A stretch of DNA of 64,000 bases from NCBI GenBank assembly GCA_046116545.1, contig CP175956.1, forward strand, positions 513,734 to 577,733. The letters run 5' to 3'. Source of the DNA: Candidatus Moraniibacteriota bacterium (GTDB lineage Bacteria; Patescibacteriota; Minisyncoccia; Moranbacterales; GCA-2747515). Positions 55,416-64,000 of the stretch are shown here, piece by piece. The notes under the pieces were generated by a model. It made no database searches and was not told where the DNA came from. It saw only the letters and a program-made list of their open reading frames with translations. The stretch's first letter is position 1. Every line of letters starts with the position of its first letter. A program made the position numbers and the translations under genes.

Positions 55416-55500
55416 TGCTGAGGAGAGGACTTGAACCTCCACGGGATTAACTCCCACTAGGGCCTAAACCTAGCGCGTCTACCAATTCCGCCACCCCAGC
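55416..55500 (-). tRNA. tRNA-Leu (anticodon UAG)
   Basis: rc: GCTGGGGTGGCGGAATTGGTAGACGCGCTAGGTTTAGGCCCTAGTGGGAGTTAATCCCGTGGAGGTTCAAGTCCTCTCCTCAGCA. Anticodon loop tTTAGgc, long variable arm, T-loop GGTTCAAGTCC. Confidence 0.85.
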
Positions 55501-55590
55501 AATATTACCTAGTATACGCATTTGTCAGCATTTTGCAATGTTGACAAAAATCATTAAATGTGCTATATTAATATATTACGATAGATATGA

Positions 55591-56355
55591 TTGTTATTTA
55601 ACAACAAAAATACCAGGAGGTATATTATGAAGAAGATTACAATTACAGTATTGTTTTGTGTATTATTTGCAACACCAGTATTTGCAAATACTTTTCATAT
55701 AGCAGAAGGAACTTTGCTAAGAAGTAGAGTTGATGCAACTTTGATGAATTACGAGGGCAATGAAGATCAAGTTATGGATTCCAGAGGTGGAGTCTATACA
55801 GTGCAGCTGTATAACTGGTCTGGTAATTGCAGAGAGGCTAGAGTATACGCGCCTAATGGAGCTGTTGCGCAAACTAGTATTTGTGTCCAACGGCCTCAGA
55901 CTAACAGAGTAAGTCAACGGCCAGTAAATCAAAGGTCTCAGTATAACATTCAGTATCAAGATGCAATGCGTAATAAGCAATTACATCTTGCGCAAGCTCA
56001 GAATAATGTAGGACAACAATCCAGTGGTTGGTTTGCTGACAAGCCTGGATTACAGTTTGGTATTCGGGGCAATCCGGATTCACCGTTTCAAGCAGTGGAC
56101 ACACAGCATGTTCCTCTTAATCAAATTTATGCAATGAGTGATGAAGATTTTGCAAGGTTTAGAGAGAGAACGGACTGGGCAACTAGTAGTTATATTCCAC
56201 AAACGATTCAGAACAGTGGAGATGCTGCTGAGGCTGGTACACGGTGGACTAGTGGTAATTATAATAATAGTTACCAACAAAATGCAATTCCAGAGGCATT
56301 TAATCAAGGTTTTGCTGATATTATTAATAGAGGATTAAGTAATATTTTCAATTAA
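55591..56355 (+). CDS. Secreted Q/N-rich hypothetical protein
   Basis: Signal peptide MKKITITVLFCVLFATPVFA (probable true start 55627). Low-complexity N/Q/S-rich C-terminal half. Higher local GC. Confidence 0.4.
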   Translation: MLFNNKNTRRYIMKKITITVLFCVLFATPVFANTFHIAEGTLLRSRVDATLMNYEGNEDQVMDSRGGVYTVQLYNWSGNCREARVYAPNGAVAQTSICVQRPQTNRVSQRPVNQRSQYNIQYQDAMRNKQLHLAQAQNNVGQQSSGWFADKPGLQFGIRGNPDSPFQAVDTQHVPLNQIYAMSDEDFARFRERTDWATSSYIPQTIQNSGDAAEAGTRWTSGNYNNSYQQNAIPEAFNQGFADIINRGLSNIFN

Positions 56356-56513
56356 ATGGGATGAAAATGAGAAAAATATTATTAATAGCAGTCAAAATCA
56401 TAGACCACGTCAACAACAGTGGCAAGAAGGATGGTAACAACATCTTTCTATAAAAAATAAACAGCGTTTCACTTTAACATAAGCGAAACGCTGTTTTTCT
56501 TTTTTGATATTAG

Positions 56514-56810
56514 TTATTTCACAATACTTTTAATCCTAGCAGCTTCTTGATCTAATGCTGGAGACTTTTCATATTCTCCATGATGTCTTGTATCATTGCC
56601 ATAGGTGTGTTTTTTTTGATCAAGGTGAAAACTAATTTGTACATTGCGACCTTCGGTTTTTACATACATATGAAATCGAGGATAGCCAGCTCGTGCTTGT
56701 GGATTAATAAAGCTCATTTCACCTTGGTCTGTTTTGTGTTGATATTGGTAACCAGCTCTTCTGAGTGCTGTTACAGGATTTGTTGATAAATTTTCAATTG
56801 TGAATCTCAT
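56514..56810 (-). CDS. Hypothetical protein
   Basis: 98-aa ORF. No recognisable motif. Confidence 0.3.
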   Translation of the reverse strand: MRFTIENLSTNPVTALRRAGYQYQHKTDQGEMSFINPQARAGYPRFHMYVKTEGRNVQISFHLDQKKHTYGNDTRHHGEYEKSPALDQEAARIKSIVK

Positions 56811-56970
56811 ATATTTTTAATAAAAAATTTATAAATTATATCATTTTGAACTTGAGTTAGAATCTAAATTAGACTATTTATATGAACAATGTAGATCCCG
56901 GGTCACAGCCCAGGACGTCTTTCTCTTGAACAGAGTTCAATTCACCTTGAAGCCCGGGATGACAAGTGTA

Positions 56971-58428
56971 TTATTTGACCCAGTGTTTATCTTTTATCTT
57001 TTCTTCATCACACATTCGTTTTTCTTCTATTTTATCTTTTGCTAAATTTTGCAATGTATCCAGGTCTTCATTTTTTAGTAGCAAGGCTCTTTTTGATAAA
57101 TGTTTTAGTGTATTTTGGGAGGGGTCTTCAATTACTTCAGCTAATAGTACATTTAGGATCGCACCAATTTGAGGTCCTGGTGTAAAATCTAAATCCTGTA
57201 ACATTATATCTCCATTTAACTTTAGCATCTTTACGCTGATTGGGTCAGTAGATACTTTGTCTACCATATATTCAAAATGTCGGAGTTTATAAGGCTTTGC
57301 TTTTGGAGTGTTTGAGCCAAGTCTATCTCCAATACGTACAGCCATTAAGTCTTTCATATTTTCAAGTCCAACTTTTTTGATAAGTCTGCGGACAGCTGTT
57401 TCTGTTACTTCATCAACGCTATAATAAAACATGTGATTTTTTACCAATAGTACAGTTTTATCAATAATTTTTTTGGAAAATTTCATTCTATTCATTATCA
57501 CGCCAGTCATGCGAGCACTTATATATTCATGATTATGAAAGGTGCAATCACGACCACTACCTTGTTTTGATTCTGGTTTTCCTATGTCATGAAAAAGTGC
57601 AGCAAGACGCACTTCTAGTTTTTTGCTTGGACATTTATCAGCAGCTTTTAAGTTGTGTTCCCAAACTGTGAGTGTATGATGATGGTTTTGTTCCACTCCT
57701 ATGCCGTATTCTAATTCTGGCAAAAAATGTGTCAGCAGGCCAGTGTCACAAAGCATTTGAATGCCATGTTGGGGGTGGTCGCTTAAAACTATTTTTACAA
57801 ATTCATCACGTACTCTTTCTATGGAAATGTTATTAAGTAGAGAATCTTTTTGAGTTATTGCCATGGATGTTTTTTCTTCGATTGTAAAATTGAGCTCCGC
57901 AGCAAATCTCACAGCACGCATCATGCGAAGAGCATCCTCATCAAAACGTTCAATAGGATTCCCCACTGCTTTTATAAGTTTTTTTGAAATATCATCTTGA
58001 CCGTTAAAGGGGTCTATAAGTGTATTATTTATATCAAGCGCCAGAGCATTCATTGTAAAATCTCTACGGGACAAATCTTCCGCTAGAGTTTCTGCAAACT
58101 CTACTTCATCAGGTCGTCTGTTATCTGAGTAGGTAGATTCAATTCTATAAGTAGTAACTTCGACAATATCATGTTCACGATCTTTTTTTCCAACAGATAA
58201 AAATGGTTCAACTTTTACACCAACTGTACCAAAATCATTTTCATAAAAACTATCGGGAAAAATTTCTTGCACTTGCTCAGGCTTTGCATTTGTCGTGACA
58301 TCCCAGTCTTTAGGTATGCGGTCAACAGTTAAGTCACGCACGCAACCACCAACAATATACGCTTCAAAATCAGCATCTGTAAGCGCTTGTAAAACTTCTT
58401 TTACTTCGTTAGGAATTGAATTTATCAT
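56971..58428 (-). CDS. cca: CCA-adding tRNA nucleotidyltransferase with C-terminal HD domain
   Basis: 485 aa. GGCVRDL...DWDVTT pol-beta nucleotidyltransferase head. HD motif (LFHDIGK). Confidence 0.85.
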   Translation of the reverse strand: MINSIPNEVKEVLQALTDADFEAYIVGGCVRDLTVDRIPKDWDVTTNAKPEQVQEIFPDSFYENDFGTVGVKVEPFLSVGKKDREHDIVEVTTYRIESTYSDNRRPDEVEFAETLAEDLSRRDFTMNALALDINNTLIDPFNGQDDISKKLIKAVGNPIERFDEDALRMMRAVRFAAELNFTIEEKTSMAITQKDSLLNNISIERVRDEFVKIVLSDHPQHGIQMLCDTGLLTHFLPELEYGIGVEQNHHHTLTVWEHNLKAADKCPSKKLEVRLAALFHDIGKPESKQGSGRDCTFHNHEYISARMTGVIMNRMKFSKKIIDKTVLLVKNHMFYYSVDEVTETAVRRLIKKVGLENMKDLMAVRIGDRLGSNTPKAKPYKLRHFEYMVDKVSTDPISVKMLKLNGDIMLQDLDFTPGPQIGAILNVLLAEVIEDPSQNTLKHLSKRALLLKNEDLDTLQNLAKDKIEEKRMCDEEKIKDKHWVK

Positions 58429-58635
58429 ATATTTTATAGTAGCGTAAAATCATAGTTTTTGCTAGTTTATAGAATACTTGTTATTATGAACATATGATAA
58501 AAATACATACAAATAGTATGGCATGTTGTTGCAGCTCTTATTGTGAGAGTTGTTGATTTTGTGTAAATAAGTCAGGAATAGTAACTCTCAAATCCAATGA
58601 GGGTTTTTTATTTTAAAAAATTTAATTAAAAATAT

Positions 58636-59532
58636 ATGATTTACAATAATGTAATAGAAATGATTGGTAATACACCAATGATAAAATTAAATAATATAAC
58701 TAATGATGAAAAAGTAGAAATATTTGCAAAACTTGAAGGACAAAATCCTAGCGGTTCAATAAAAGATAGAATTGCACTTGCAATGATAGAACAAGCTGAG
58801 AAAGATGGCAGTCTAACAAAAGATAAAATAATTATAGAACCAACATCAGGTAATACTGGAATAGCGTTGGCTATGATTGGAGCTGTAAAAGGGTATAGAG
58901 TACATGTTGTGATGAGTAAAGCTGTTTCAATGGAGAGGAGAAAAATGATTGAAATTTTTGGAGCAGATGTAATTTTGACTGATGGAAAAGATGGTACAGA
59001 TGGAGCAATAAGAAGAGCTCATGAAATAGTTCAAGAAAATTCAGAAAAGTATTTCATGCCAAATCAATTTTCAAATGAGTATAATAAATTAGCACATTAT
59101 AAGACAACAGCTAAGGAAATTTGGGAACAAATGGATGGAAGAATTGATTACTTTGTGTCAGCACTCGGAACATCAGGAACTATTATGGGAGTAGGAAAGG
59201 GATTAAAAGAATTTGATAAAGATATAAAAATAGTTGAAGCTCAGCCAGTAAGGGGGCATTATATTCAGGGATTAAAAAATATGCAAGAAGCAATAGTTCC
59301 TGAAATTTACGATGACAGCCAAATTGATATAAGTATAAAAATTGATTCAGAAAACGCTTTTAAAATGGCTAGAAACATAATGAAAAAAGAAGGAATATCA
59401 GTTGGCATGAGTAGCGGAGCAGTGATGGATGCAGTGACTCAATTATTTGAAAATATAAAGATAAATAGTCGAATAGTTGTAATATTTCCAGATAGAGGTG
59501 AAAAATATGCAAGTACAGTACTTTTTAATTAG
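58636..59532 (+). CDS. cysK: Cysteine synthase (O-acetylserine sulfhydrylase), PLP-dependent
   Basis: 298 aa. GNTPMIKL, NPSGSIKDR (PLP-Lys), TSGNTGIALA, GTSGT motifs. Confidence 0.85.
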   Translation: MIYNNVIEMIGNTPMIKLNNITNDEKVEIFAKLEGQNPSGSIKDRIALAMIEQAEKDGSLTKDKIIIEPTSGNTGIALAMIGAVKGYRVHVVMSKAVSMERRKMIEIFGADVILTDGKDGTDGAIRRAHEIVQENSEKYFMPNQFSNEYNKLAHYKTTAKEIWEQMDGRIDYFVSALGTSGTIMGVGKGLKEFDKDIKIVEAQPVRGHYIQGLKNMQEAIVPEIYDDSQIDISIKIDSENAFKMARNIMKKEGISVGMSSGAVMDAVTQLFENIKINSRIVVIFPDRGEKYASTVLFN

Positions 59533-59567
59533 ATAGGATATTTTACTAGTTACGAAGTTAGTATAAT

Positions 59568-59598
59568 AAAAAACCGTTACGCCCCGTAACGGTTTTTT
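59568..59598. terminator. Bidirectional rho-independent terminator (cysK / infB)
   Basis: aaaaaaccgttacgccccgtaacggtttttt. Confidence 0.7.
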
Positions 59599-59617
59599 AT
59601 GATGAGATGTAGTGGAA

Positions 59618-61387
59618 TTACAGTTCTTTAGGTTTTAGTATCTCTGTGTAGAGTTGTAAGTTGTCACCAAGCTTGATTTTAGTTTCACCTTTGAATGTTA
59701 AGCCACATTCTTTATCTTTTTTCACTTCGTCTATGTCAACTTTATTGTGTTGCAAGTTTGTTAATTCACCAGTTCCAATTTGATTTTCTTTTCTGAAAAT
59801 ATCAATCTTTACATCCTTAGCAACAATTTTACCTTTAGTTACTTTACCGCCAATAATCATCCTATCTTTTTCTGTAAAAAATACACCAAGCACTTCAAGT
59901 TCTCCGATATCAGTTCGCTCTATTTCGTCAGGTAGCATAGCTACTAGTCTTTCCTTTATATCATCAACTAATTCATAAATAACTTTGTATGTTGATATTG
60001 TAACTTCAGCATCAGTAGCCATTCGTCCTGCAACTGGACTTACAGAAACATTAAATCCATAGAGGATAGCTTCAGAACTACTAGCCATACGTACATCTGA
60101 TTCTGTTACATTTCCAACTCCAGTATCTATATAATTTACAGCAACTTTTCCTTGGGGAATTGCACCAAGTATTTGGGCTATAGCCTCAATAGATCCTTGA
60201 ACATCTGATTTTATAATTATATTTAATTTTGGAATACCATCATTGTCAGTAATGCTTTTGACTTGTTTTTTATCACCAGTCAATTTACTAGCAACATTTT
60301 GAGATTTAAGACGAGCGCTCCTCTTTGCGTTGGCAACTTGGATGACATCATTTGTTTCAGCAGTATCAGTAAGTCCAAATATTACAACTGGAGTTGATGG
60401 AGGTGCTTTTTCCATAGGGTCACCTCTGTGATTTTCCATTCTTCGTATACGACCATAAGTCTTTCCAGCATTTACATCTTGACCAACTTTCAAAGTTCCA
60501 GTTTTCACAACTGCAGTAGCAACAGGTCCTTTTTGAGGATCTTTATGAGATTCAAGTATAATAGCTAATCCATCACGAGTAGAATTTGCTTTGAAGTCTT
60601 CTACTTCGGCAAGTAATAAAATACTTTCAAGTATATCAGTTACACCAATATTATTTTTAGCACTTATTTCATTGCAAATAACTTTTCCACCCCATTCTTC
60701 TATCATAATGTCATGTTCAGCTAGTTCTTGCTTTACTCTTGCTGTGTTTGCATTGGGTTTGTCAATTTTATTTATAGCGACAATTGTTGGAATTTTCTTT
60801 GCTGTTAAATATTTGATGACCTCTTTTGTTTGTGGACGTACGCCATCGTCAGCAGCAACAACTAATACAGCAATATCAGCAATAGAAACACCTCGTTCAC
60901 GCATAGCAGCAAATGCTTCATGTCCTGGAGTATCAATAAATGTAATGTGCTTTCCTCGTTTTTTTACTTGATAAGCACTAATATGTTGAGTTATTCCTCC
61001 TGATTCACTACTTGCAACAGATGCTTGTCTTAATGTATCTAGTAGTGTTGTTTTACCATGATCAACATGTCCTAGGATTGTAACAATCGGAGGACGACTC
61101 TCTAATTTTTCATCAGATCTTTTTTCTTTTTCACAAATATCAAGAACTTTTTCAAGTGTCATCATTTCATCATCACCAACTTCTAAGTCTTCGCTAACAG
61201 AGTAACCCATATCTTCGGCGATTATAGCAGCTGTATCATAATCTACCTCTTCGTTAATAGTTGCCATGATGCCATTTTGCATAAGTTCAGTAATAAGTTC
61301 TGTTGCAGGAATATCAAGAATTTCCGCAAACTTTTTTACAGTTACAGTTGATGGTATTTTAACAGCTTTAATTTCTTCTTCAGTCAT
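59618..61387 (-). CDS. infB: Translation initiation factor IF-2 (short N-terminus)
   Basis: 589 aa. GHVDHGKTTLLD G1, DTPGH, NKID G4, C-terminal beta-barrels. Confidence 0.9.
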   Translation of the reverse strand: MTEEEIKAVKIPSTVTVKKFAEILDIPATELITELMQNGIMATINEEVDYDTAAIIAEDMGYSVSEDLEVGDDEMMTLEKVLDICEKEKRSDEKLESRPPIVTILGHVDHGKTTLLDTLRQASVASSESGGITQHISAYQVKKRGKHITFIDTPGHEAFAAMRERGVSIADIAVLVVAADDGVRPQTKEVIKYLTAKKIPTIVAINKIDKPNANTARVKQELAEHDIMIEEWGGKVICNEISAKNNIGVTDILESILLLAEVEDFKANSTRDGLAIILESHKDPQKGPVATAVVKTGTLKVGQDVNAGKTYGRIRRMENHRGDPMEKAPPSTPVVIFGLTDTAETNDVIQVANAKRSARLKSQNVASKLTGDKKQVKSITDNDGIPKLNIIIKSDVQGSIEAIAQILGAIPQGKVAVNYIDTGVGNVTESDVRMASSSEAILYGFNVSVSPVAGRMATDAEVTISTYKVIYELVDDIKERLVAMLPDEIERTDIGELEVLGVFFTEKDRMIIGGKVTKGKIVAKDVKIDIFRKENQIGTGELTNLQHNKVDIDEVKKDKECGLTFKGETKIKLGDNLQLYTEILKPKEL

Positions 61388-61407
61388 GATGCAATGATAT
61401 TAGTTGA

Positions 61408-61902
61408 TTAGTTAGCAGTTGCTATTACGGTTTTTTCTTCTTCAGTGAGTTCATTTTCTACAGGTTGTCCACTTGAAATTTCTTTTGTGTAAATTCTAGT
61501 ACCTTCTCTAGTATGCAGTGATGATAGAACTATTCCATCATCAGCACTATTTAGTAGTGCTAATGCAAAGCTTTGATTGCCAGCTCGCTCACCAAATGGA
61601 TTAAATCTTACTAGCCCAATCTTGTTAAGGCCTTTGTGAGATTGTTTATTTATGGTATTTGAAATATTGAAAAGTTCTTGTATTTCAGTGTCGAGTGTAA
61701 TGAGTTTTTTATTATTATTTAATAGAATTTCTTCCAGATCAACTCCTTTTTTGCCAGAAAATAATATGGCAATTTCTTTTTGAAGTTTAGTTATTCGAAA
61801 AAAATTTATTATAGAAATAATAAGTGTAACAAGCAATAATATTATTGCTATAACGCTTAATATTGCAATAATGCTTTGATTGGAAGAATAAAATTCAGTC
61901 AT
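61408..61902 (-). CDS. Membrane-anchored hypothetical protein (DUF4446-like)
   Basis: 164 aa. N-terminal TM plus coiled coil. ...VRFNPFGERAGNQSFALALLNSADDGIVLSSLHTREGTRIYTKEIS resembles the DUF4446 signature (recalled from memory). Confidence 0.35.
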   Translation of the reverse strand: MTEFYSSNQSIIAILSVIAIILLLVTLIISIINFFRITKLQKEIAILFSGKKGVDLEEILLNNNKKLITLDTEIQELFNISNTINKQSHKGLNKIGLVRFNPFGERAGNQSFALALLNSADDGIVLSSLHTREGTRIYTKEISSGQPVENELTEEEKTVIATAN

Positions 61903-61957
61903 ATTACTATTGAATAATTATTAAAAATAATAGCATCAAAAACATGTCTTGTAAAGG

Positions 61958-61984
61958 AAAAAGCGCTTGTAAAGCGCTTTTTTA
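61958..61984. terminator. Rho-independent terminator hairpin
   Basis: aaaaagcgcttgtaaagcgctttttt. Confidence 0.6.
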
Positions 61985-62004
61985 TTATTAGTGTTTGAGC
62001 TTAA

Positions 62005-62784
62005 TTATTCTTGAAATAATATATCTAGATATTCCCAAAATTTAACACCACCACCAATTTCACCTATACATTCAGCAGCTTCTGATTTTGTACGTGCATT
62101 GGGATGAAGTCCGTCAATTGGGAAGTGACGAAATACCCATTTTACATCATCCTTATAATCTCCCATTAAATTCAGTGTAGATGTATGAAATTTCTTACAA
62201 AAAGGACAGTCTACATCAGAGTATTCTATTACAGTTATACGTGCATTCTCACCGCCTTTAATCCAGTCATCAGCAGTTACAGTGTCAATTTCTCTGTCAT
62301 TACTAATATCTTTTGCTTGTGGATCATTGCCAGCTAGTAAGTCATCAAAAAACTCTCTGATGCCTTTTTCTGTTTGTGCACCTGGTATTTCATAGATAGC
62401 ATCATCAATCAATACAAAACTATGAGGAGTTCCTTGTACACCAGCTTTTTTACCACTATCAATATCAGATTGTACAGCATCAGCATATCTTTTTTCTTCC
62501 ATGCATATATCAAATTCTTCTTTGTTTATATCCATAGAAACCAATGTTGCATCTAATGATAATTTAGGAACTGATTTTTTAGCTACAACTTTAGTTTTTT
62601 GTATAGGCGCTTGTTTTGGATTGAATTTACCAAACGATATCTTATTTGTAATTGTTCCGATTAATAAAAATAAGAGAACTATAGCAAGAGCACACATAGC
62701 ACCAAACCAAAATGAATGCCAATGTGTTCGGTAGCCAGTATCTTTATTTGAGCTTTCTTGAATTTTTTCTTTTTGTTTATCCAT
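62005..62784 (-). CDS. DsbA/BdbD-like thiol:disulfide oxidoreductase, membrane-anchored
   Basis: 259 aa. N-terminal TM. Thioredoxin-fold CPFC active site (DVDCPFCKKFH). Confidence 0.7.
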   Translation of the reverse strand: MDKQKEKIQESSNKDTGYRTHWHSFWFGAMCALAIVLLFLLIGTITNKISFGKFNPKQAPIQKTKVVAKKSVPKLSLDATLVSMDINKEEFDICMEEKRYADAVQSDIDSGKKAGVQGTPHSFVLIDDAIYEIPGAQTEKGIREFFDDLLAGNDPQAKDISNDREIDTVTADDWIKGGENARITVIEYSDVDCPFCKKFHTSTLNLMGDYKDDVKWVFRHFPIDGLHPNARTKSEAAECIGEIGGGVKFWEYLDILFQE

Positions 62785-63084
62785 AAAAATTTTATTAAAT
62801 TAAATGTAATTATATAGTAAGTATTTTTGAGATATTGTGCAAGAGTGAAATAGTAAAGTACTCTATTTGTAACTATTCAGATTTATTTAAGAACTATCGT
62901 TTTTGCGAACAGAAGTCATATTGTTTGTGCCACGTGAAGCAATCTTTGATAGATAATCAATAATCTCAAAGAGATTGCGTCGCTTAACTACATGAAATAT
63001 CTCAGCTACTCGCAAGGACACTTATATTGCAGAAAATTGAAAATTCTTTTATTATGTAAATTATAAAACATAAATTAAAAAGAT

Positions 63085-63789
63085 ATGATTTCACAATATA
63101 CAGTTAATCTAATAGAAAAAAAGGAAATAGCAGAAAATACCTTTCAACTTATACTTACGAAACCAAAAGATTTTTCTTTCAGTCCAGGACAGTTTATGTT
63201 TCTTGATTTCCCCAATCCAGTAAACACTGACGATAATCCAACATTTCGAGCAATGTCTATAGCATCTTCACCATGTGAAGAAAACTTGATGTTTATAATG
63301 AGGGGGAGCGAAAGTGCATTTAAGCAAAATATGGAAGCAATGCAAATAGATGATCCAATCATAGTAAAGGGGCCAATGGGACACATAACACTTCCACAAA
63401 ATATAAATCAACCAATGGCATTTATAGTTGCTGGAGTAGGAATAACACCAGCAAGAGCAATGATAAAGCATGAAGAACATCAAAAAGTAGACAGGCAAGT
63501 AACACTTTTATATGCTAGTAAAACAAAAAATTCAATAGCCTTATTTGACGAATTAAAAAATGTAGAATTAAAAAACTATAATCCTGTATTTACGCTAACT
63601 AGAGAAGAAGGTGAATGGGATGGTGAAACAGGACGTATAAATGAAGAGATGATAAGAAAATATGTTGACGAGATAGAAAAAACAATGTACTATATTGTAG
63701 GTACGAAAGCATTCACTGAATCCATGAAAGAAATATTGGAAAATATGGGGATAGCAAAGGAAAACGTACAATTTGACAATTTTGGATAA
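63085..63789 (+). CDS. Ferredoxin-NADP+ reductase-like FAD/NAD(P)-binding oxidoreductase
   Basis: 234 aa. RAMSIASSP (RxYS FAD motif), GPMGH, FIVAGVGITPARAM (NAD(P) binding). Confidence 0.6.
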   Translation: MISQYTVNLIEKKEIAENTFQLILTKPKDFSFSPGQFMFLDFPNPVNTDDNPTFRAMSIASSPCEENLMFIMRGSESAFKQNMEAMQIDDPIIVKGPMGHITLPQNINQPMAFIVAGVGITPARAMIKHEEHQKVDRQVTLLYASKTKNSIALFDELKNVELKNYNPVFTLTREEGEWDGETGRINEEMIRKYVDEIEKTMYYIVGTKAFTESMKEILENMGIAKENVQFDNFG

Positions 63790-63810
63790 GGAACAGCAGT
63801 CAAATTGACT

Positions 63811-63883
63811 GCGGGTATAGTATAACGGCTCATTATGTCAGCCTTCCAAGCTGAAGATGCGGGTTCGATTCCCGCTACCCGCT
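63811..63883 (+). tRNA. tRNA-Gly (anticodon UCC)
   Basis: GCGGGTA acceptor pairs with TACCCGC. Anticodon stem tcagc/gctga with loop cTTCCaa. T-arm GCGGGTTCGATTCCCGC. No encoded CCA. 3-bp D stem and 4-nt variable loop. Confidence 0.8.
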
Positions 63884-63894
63884 CATTTTTCTAC

Positions 63895-63925
63895 AAAAAC
63901 CGCTTGCTTAAGCGGTTTTTGTTTT
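63895..63925 (+). terminator. Rho-independent terminator
   Basis: aaaaaccgcttgcttaagcggtttttgtttt. Confidence 0.7.
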
Positions 63926-64000
63926 GTGATATAATGAAGTATATAAATATAAAATAAAAACATGCATAGACAAATGTCAACTATAAAAGGTCTCGGGATA

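Noticed and set aside
56880-56970. Considered a tRNA in the CCCGGG-flanked GC-rich segment
   Set aside because: No acceptor/T-arm arrangement could be built. More likely a terminator or structural hairpin.
1-64000. CRISPR arrays, rRNA genes, transposases or integrases
   Set aside because: No regularly spaced direct repeats, no rRNA-like sequence, and no DDE or tyrosine-recombinase motifs were seen in any ORF.

Overview
AT-rich, gene-dense bacterial chromosome segment that spans the replication origin. Genes are short and tightly packed, there is a large LTD/PKD surface protein, and MetRS and IF-2 are compact, which suggests a streamlined, possibly Patescibacteria/CPR-like organism; the lineage is not certain. 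The core layout on the minus strand is rpmH-rnpA-yidC-jag, preceded by a polysaccharide locus (GT2-GT2-flippase), with dnaA-dnaN-(DUF721/DciA-like) diverging on the plus strand. An oriC carrying three perfect DnaA boxes lies in the rpmH-dnaA spacer. Housekeeping genes across the rest of the window are: class A PBP, ruvC/yebC, ruvB, ruvA, polA, holA, tsaE, cyclophilin, rpsT, rsmI, metG, tatD, nrdAB, a peroxiredoxin, cca, cysK, infB, pyrD-pyrC, a DsbA-like protein, tRNA-Leu(UAG) and tRNA-Gly(UCC). The most unusual content is a contiguous five-gene minus-strand block (10870-15855) directly downstream of ruvC. It encodes a 7-TM membrane protein, an ATP-grasp ligase fused C-terminally to a retropepsin-like (DTGA) aspartyl-protease domain, two tandem paralogous ATP-grasp ligases and a fourth divergent ATP-grasp-like protein. 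This is a candidate peptide-ligation/protein-modification system related to, but architecturally distinct from, the RimK/RimB-type and ATPgrasp_ST / 7TM / retropepsin systems. Other notable items are a 1007-aa protein with two complete PilB/GspE secretion-ATPase modules fused in tandem; two GGDEF diguanylate cyclases, one divergently paired with two paralogous unknown genes; a large LTD-repeat/PKD surface protein; a degenerate NrnA-like DHH protein; and two families of short dispersed repeats, each with one copy intruding in-frame into a housekeeping gene (tatD, tsaE). No CRISPR arrays, rRNAs, or clear transposases or integrases were seen.
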